Assembly: GCF_001194135.2 (NCBI RefSeq)
Contig: NC_068998.1
Location: 13,993,371-14,054,257 of the forward strand
DNA length: 60,887 nt
Reading direction: 5' to 3'
Source of the DNA: Octopus bimaculoides
Lineage: Eukaryota
The notes below the pieces were generated by a model. The model searched no databases. It was not told the DNA's origin and saw only the letters and a program-made list of their open reading frames with translations. Shown piece after piece: positions 58,928 through 60,887 of the stretch. How positions within the stretch are numbered: position 1 is the stretch's first letter; every line of letters begins with the position of its first letter. The position numbers were made by a program, and so were the translations under genes.

Positions 58928-60673
58928 TGCCTCTAATATTACCTTTAAATATTAATTTTTCAACAAATTTCATCGTATATATCATAAGCCATCTACAACC
59001 AATCAATGTTTCTAATTAAATGATGTGGTAATTTAATTCCTTAATCCGTTAATATATTTTTGAAATTATAATCTTGTTTAAATTAACGGTACTGGCAAAT
59101 GAACAAGGGAGATAATTCCAGTTTTGTAAGTTTCCTTATAAAAGTATTTGTTGTAATACATTTACTACTACAAAACGAACCAACGAAAGAGTCATTACAT
59201 GGTCGTTAGACAAGCTAGACATAACAACCAAATCTTCCGCAGATTATACACAATGATTTATTTTTTCTTTTAAAAAAATAATGACATTTAGTATTAGTAA
59301 TGTAATTTTAGACACAGAGATAAAAAGGTATTGTCATGTATGGAATATTTTTCATCATAGTTCTGATTGACTTTTGTTAAGATTTATTTGCAATTTATTT
59401 TTTATATTTCTACAATGCACAAAATATTTCAAACAATTTTCTTTATATAACTACTAATAATATTTAATAATGAAAAGAATAATATGATCTTTTTAAACAT
59501 TGGATTGCTCCAATAAAGTAATTCTCCTGTAAAGTAATCATCTGAGGAATATTTGTCTGCTATTTCTTCTCTCGAACCCGGCACTGGATTTAGGATTAAA
59601 GATCCTCCAACCATGACCATCTTGTCTATTTGCTGACATAGTATAGGATCTCATGTCGAGCAAGTGGCTGGATGACATTGGCTGAAAAGAAGCGATCAGC
59701 AGGGCTGTAGAGCCGCCCCTTGAACACATGCCTGGGCTTGATCAAGCCAAGTTGTGTTGCCTGGATGAGGGTGTAGGCAACTTCAGCATTTACCCAAGTA
59801 TCTATTGTGTTTGTAGATTTATGTTGAACTGTATTATTACATAATCCAGTGAGTTCTTTTTAGAAATTGAAATATATGATTTGAAAAAGATTTAGCTGTT
59901 ATTTCTAGCAGGTTGAATGATCACGTTGCATACTCCCTCGTACATTCTATATATTTTCAATATGATTTTTTTTAGTGTTGTGTCTGGGGAGAGTGGTAAA
60001 TTTTCACTGATCAAATCAACAACAGAGCTTTTATGTGGCTGCTCAACCAGGCTAGAAACAGCAACAAAAATTTCCTTGAAACCACACTCAGCTATCTTAA
60101 TAGTTCTAAAAAAAATCTTGTGTCTTAGAAGGATAATTACACCAATAATAATAAAGATACAAGATTTGTTTCAGCACACGAATTCGCATCAAGAATCTTG
60201 CAACCCAAGTACAGAAACACAGTAATTCAGAAAATATTTATGATTTTTATCTCCCTTGAATCATTAAAAGTCTAAGGGAGATAACCTCGAACATTCTTTT
60301 ATATTGGAACAGACGAAACTTGAATGGAGTTTTGCTGAGTCACCAAGATACGAGGTAAATAAAGACACACACATACACACAGACACACACGTCAATGATA
60401 ACTTTTATGAGCCGTTGAAAGATATTTTTCCTTTTCCTGAGTCGTGACTGTGTGGTAAGAAGCTTGCTTCCCAACCACGTGGTTCCCTGTTCAGTGCCAC
60501 TACGTAGCATCTTGGGCAAGTGTCTTCTTCTATTAAAGCTTCAAGCCGATTAAAGCCTTGTGAGTGGATTTTGTAGACGGAAACTGAAAGAAGCCCTTCG
60601 TAGGTGTGCGTATGCGTATATATATATATGGTGGTTGTCTACTCCTTACACAGAGTTTGACCACCTCCTGCAC

Positions 60674-60887
60674 CTACACCTTAGTCCTTTCATGGCGTCT
60701 AATGTGGCTTTTTAAACCAGACAGTGTTTTGAAAAAACACCCGCACAGATTGCACCTCTGATTTGCACTACCGATACCTGCAAGTAAGTTTTGCTCATTG
60801 TGGATCCTAACATGTCTTTTAAGACCCCCATTGGATTTGCAAACGCTCTGGCACACACCACATTCAAACGTGTGCACAGACATATAA
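60674..60887 (-). mobile_element. Two C2H2 fingers at an ORF C-terminus, probably the end of an RTE-type LINE ORF (open at window edge)
   Basis: CGVCQSVCKSNGGLKRHVRIH and CNLCGCFFKTLSGLKSHIRRH; no TGEKP linker; stop followed by a short tail. Confidence 0.5.

Noticed and set aside
59540-59650. IDKMVMVGGS resembling the nucleoside-hydrolase 'MGG' motif
   Set aside because: The flanking motifs (GPLTN, EFN..DP) are absent.

Overview
AT-rich animal genomic DNA from an N-gapped draft assembly, dense in (TA)n/(CA)n microsatellites. The SINE, LINE and MITE families look like those of Octopus (species assignment is inference). Two main contents. (1) A minus-strand ULK4 serine/threonine pseudokinase gene, CDS 40681->5049. 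I traced 31 coding exons by hand with consistent splice phases. One further exon is missing and most likely lies in the 19287-19565 gap, and one intron has a GC donor. (2) Five 163-nt U1 snRNA genes: one on + at 1339-1501, downstream of ULK4, and four on - at 50969-58867, upstream of it. Each sits in a duplicated cassette with an invariant 27-bp proximal promoter block and a 3' box. All five fold like U1 with compensatory stem changes and keep the 5'-splice-site arm and U1A loop. All five also share a non-canonical Sm site (UAUUUCUAAG) and an altered U1-70K loop (GAUCCUCAAG), which is the most interesting signal in the window. The rest is transposon debris: tRNA-derived SINEs, RTE/Tx1/Penelope fragments (one with a decayed hammerhead-ribozyme core), a Gypsy relic, DD37D and DD41D mariner-like elements, Tigger and Merlin relics, and MITEs (two carrying telomere-like repeats). 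Family assignments and the human ULK4/U1 comparisons are from recalled sequence knowledge, not database searches. Repeat boundaries are approximate unless a TSD or TIR is quoted.
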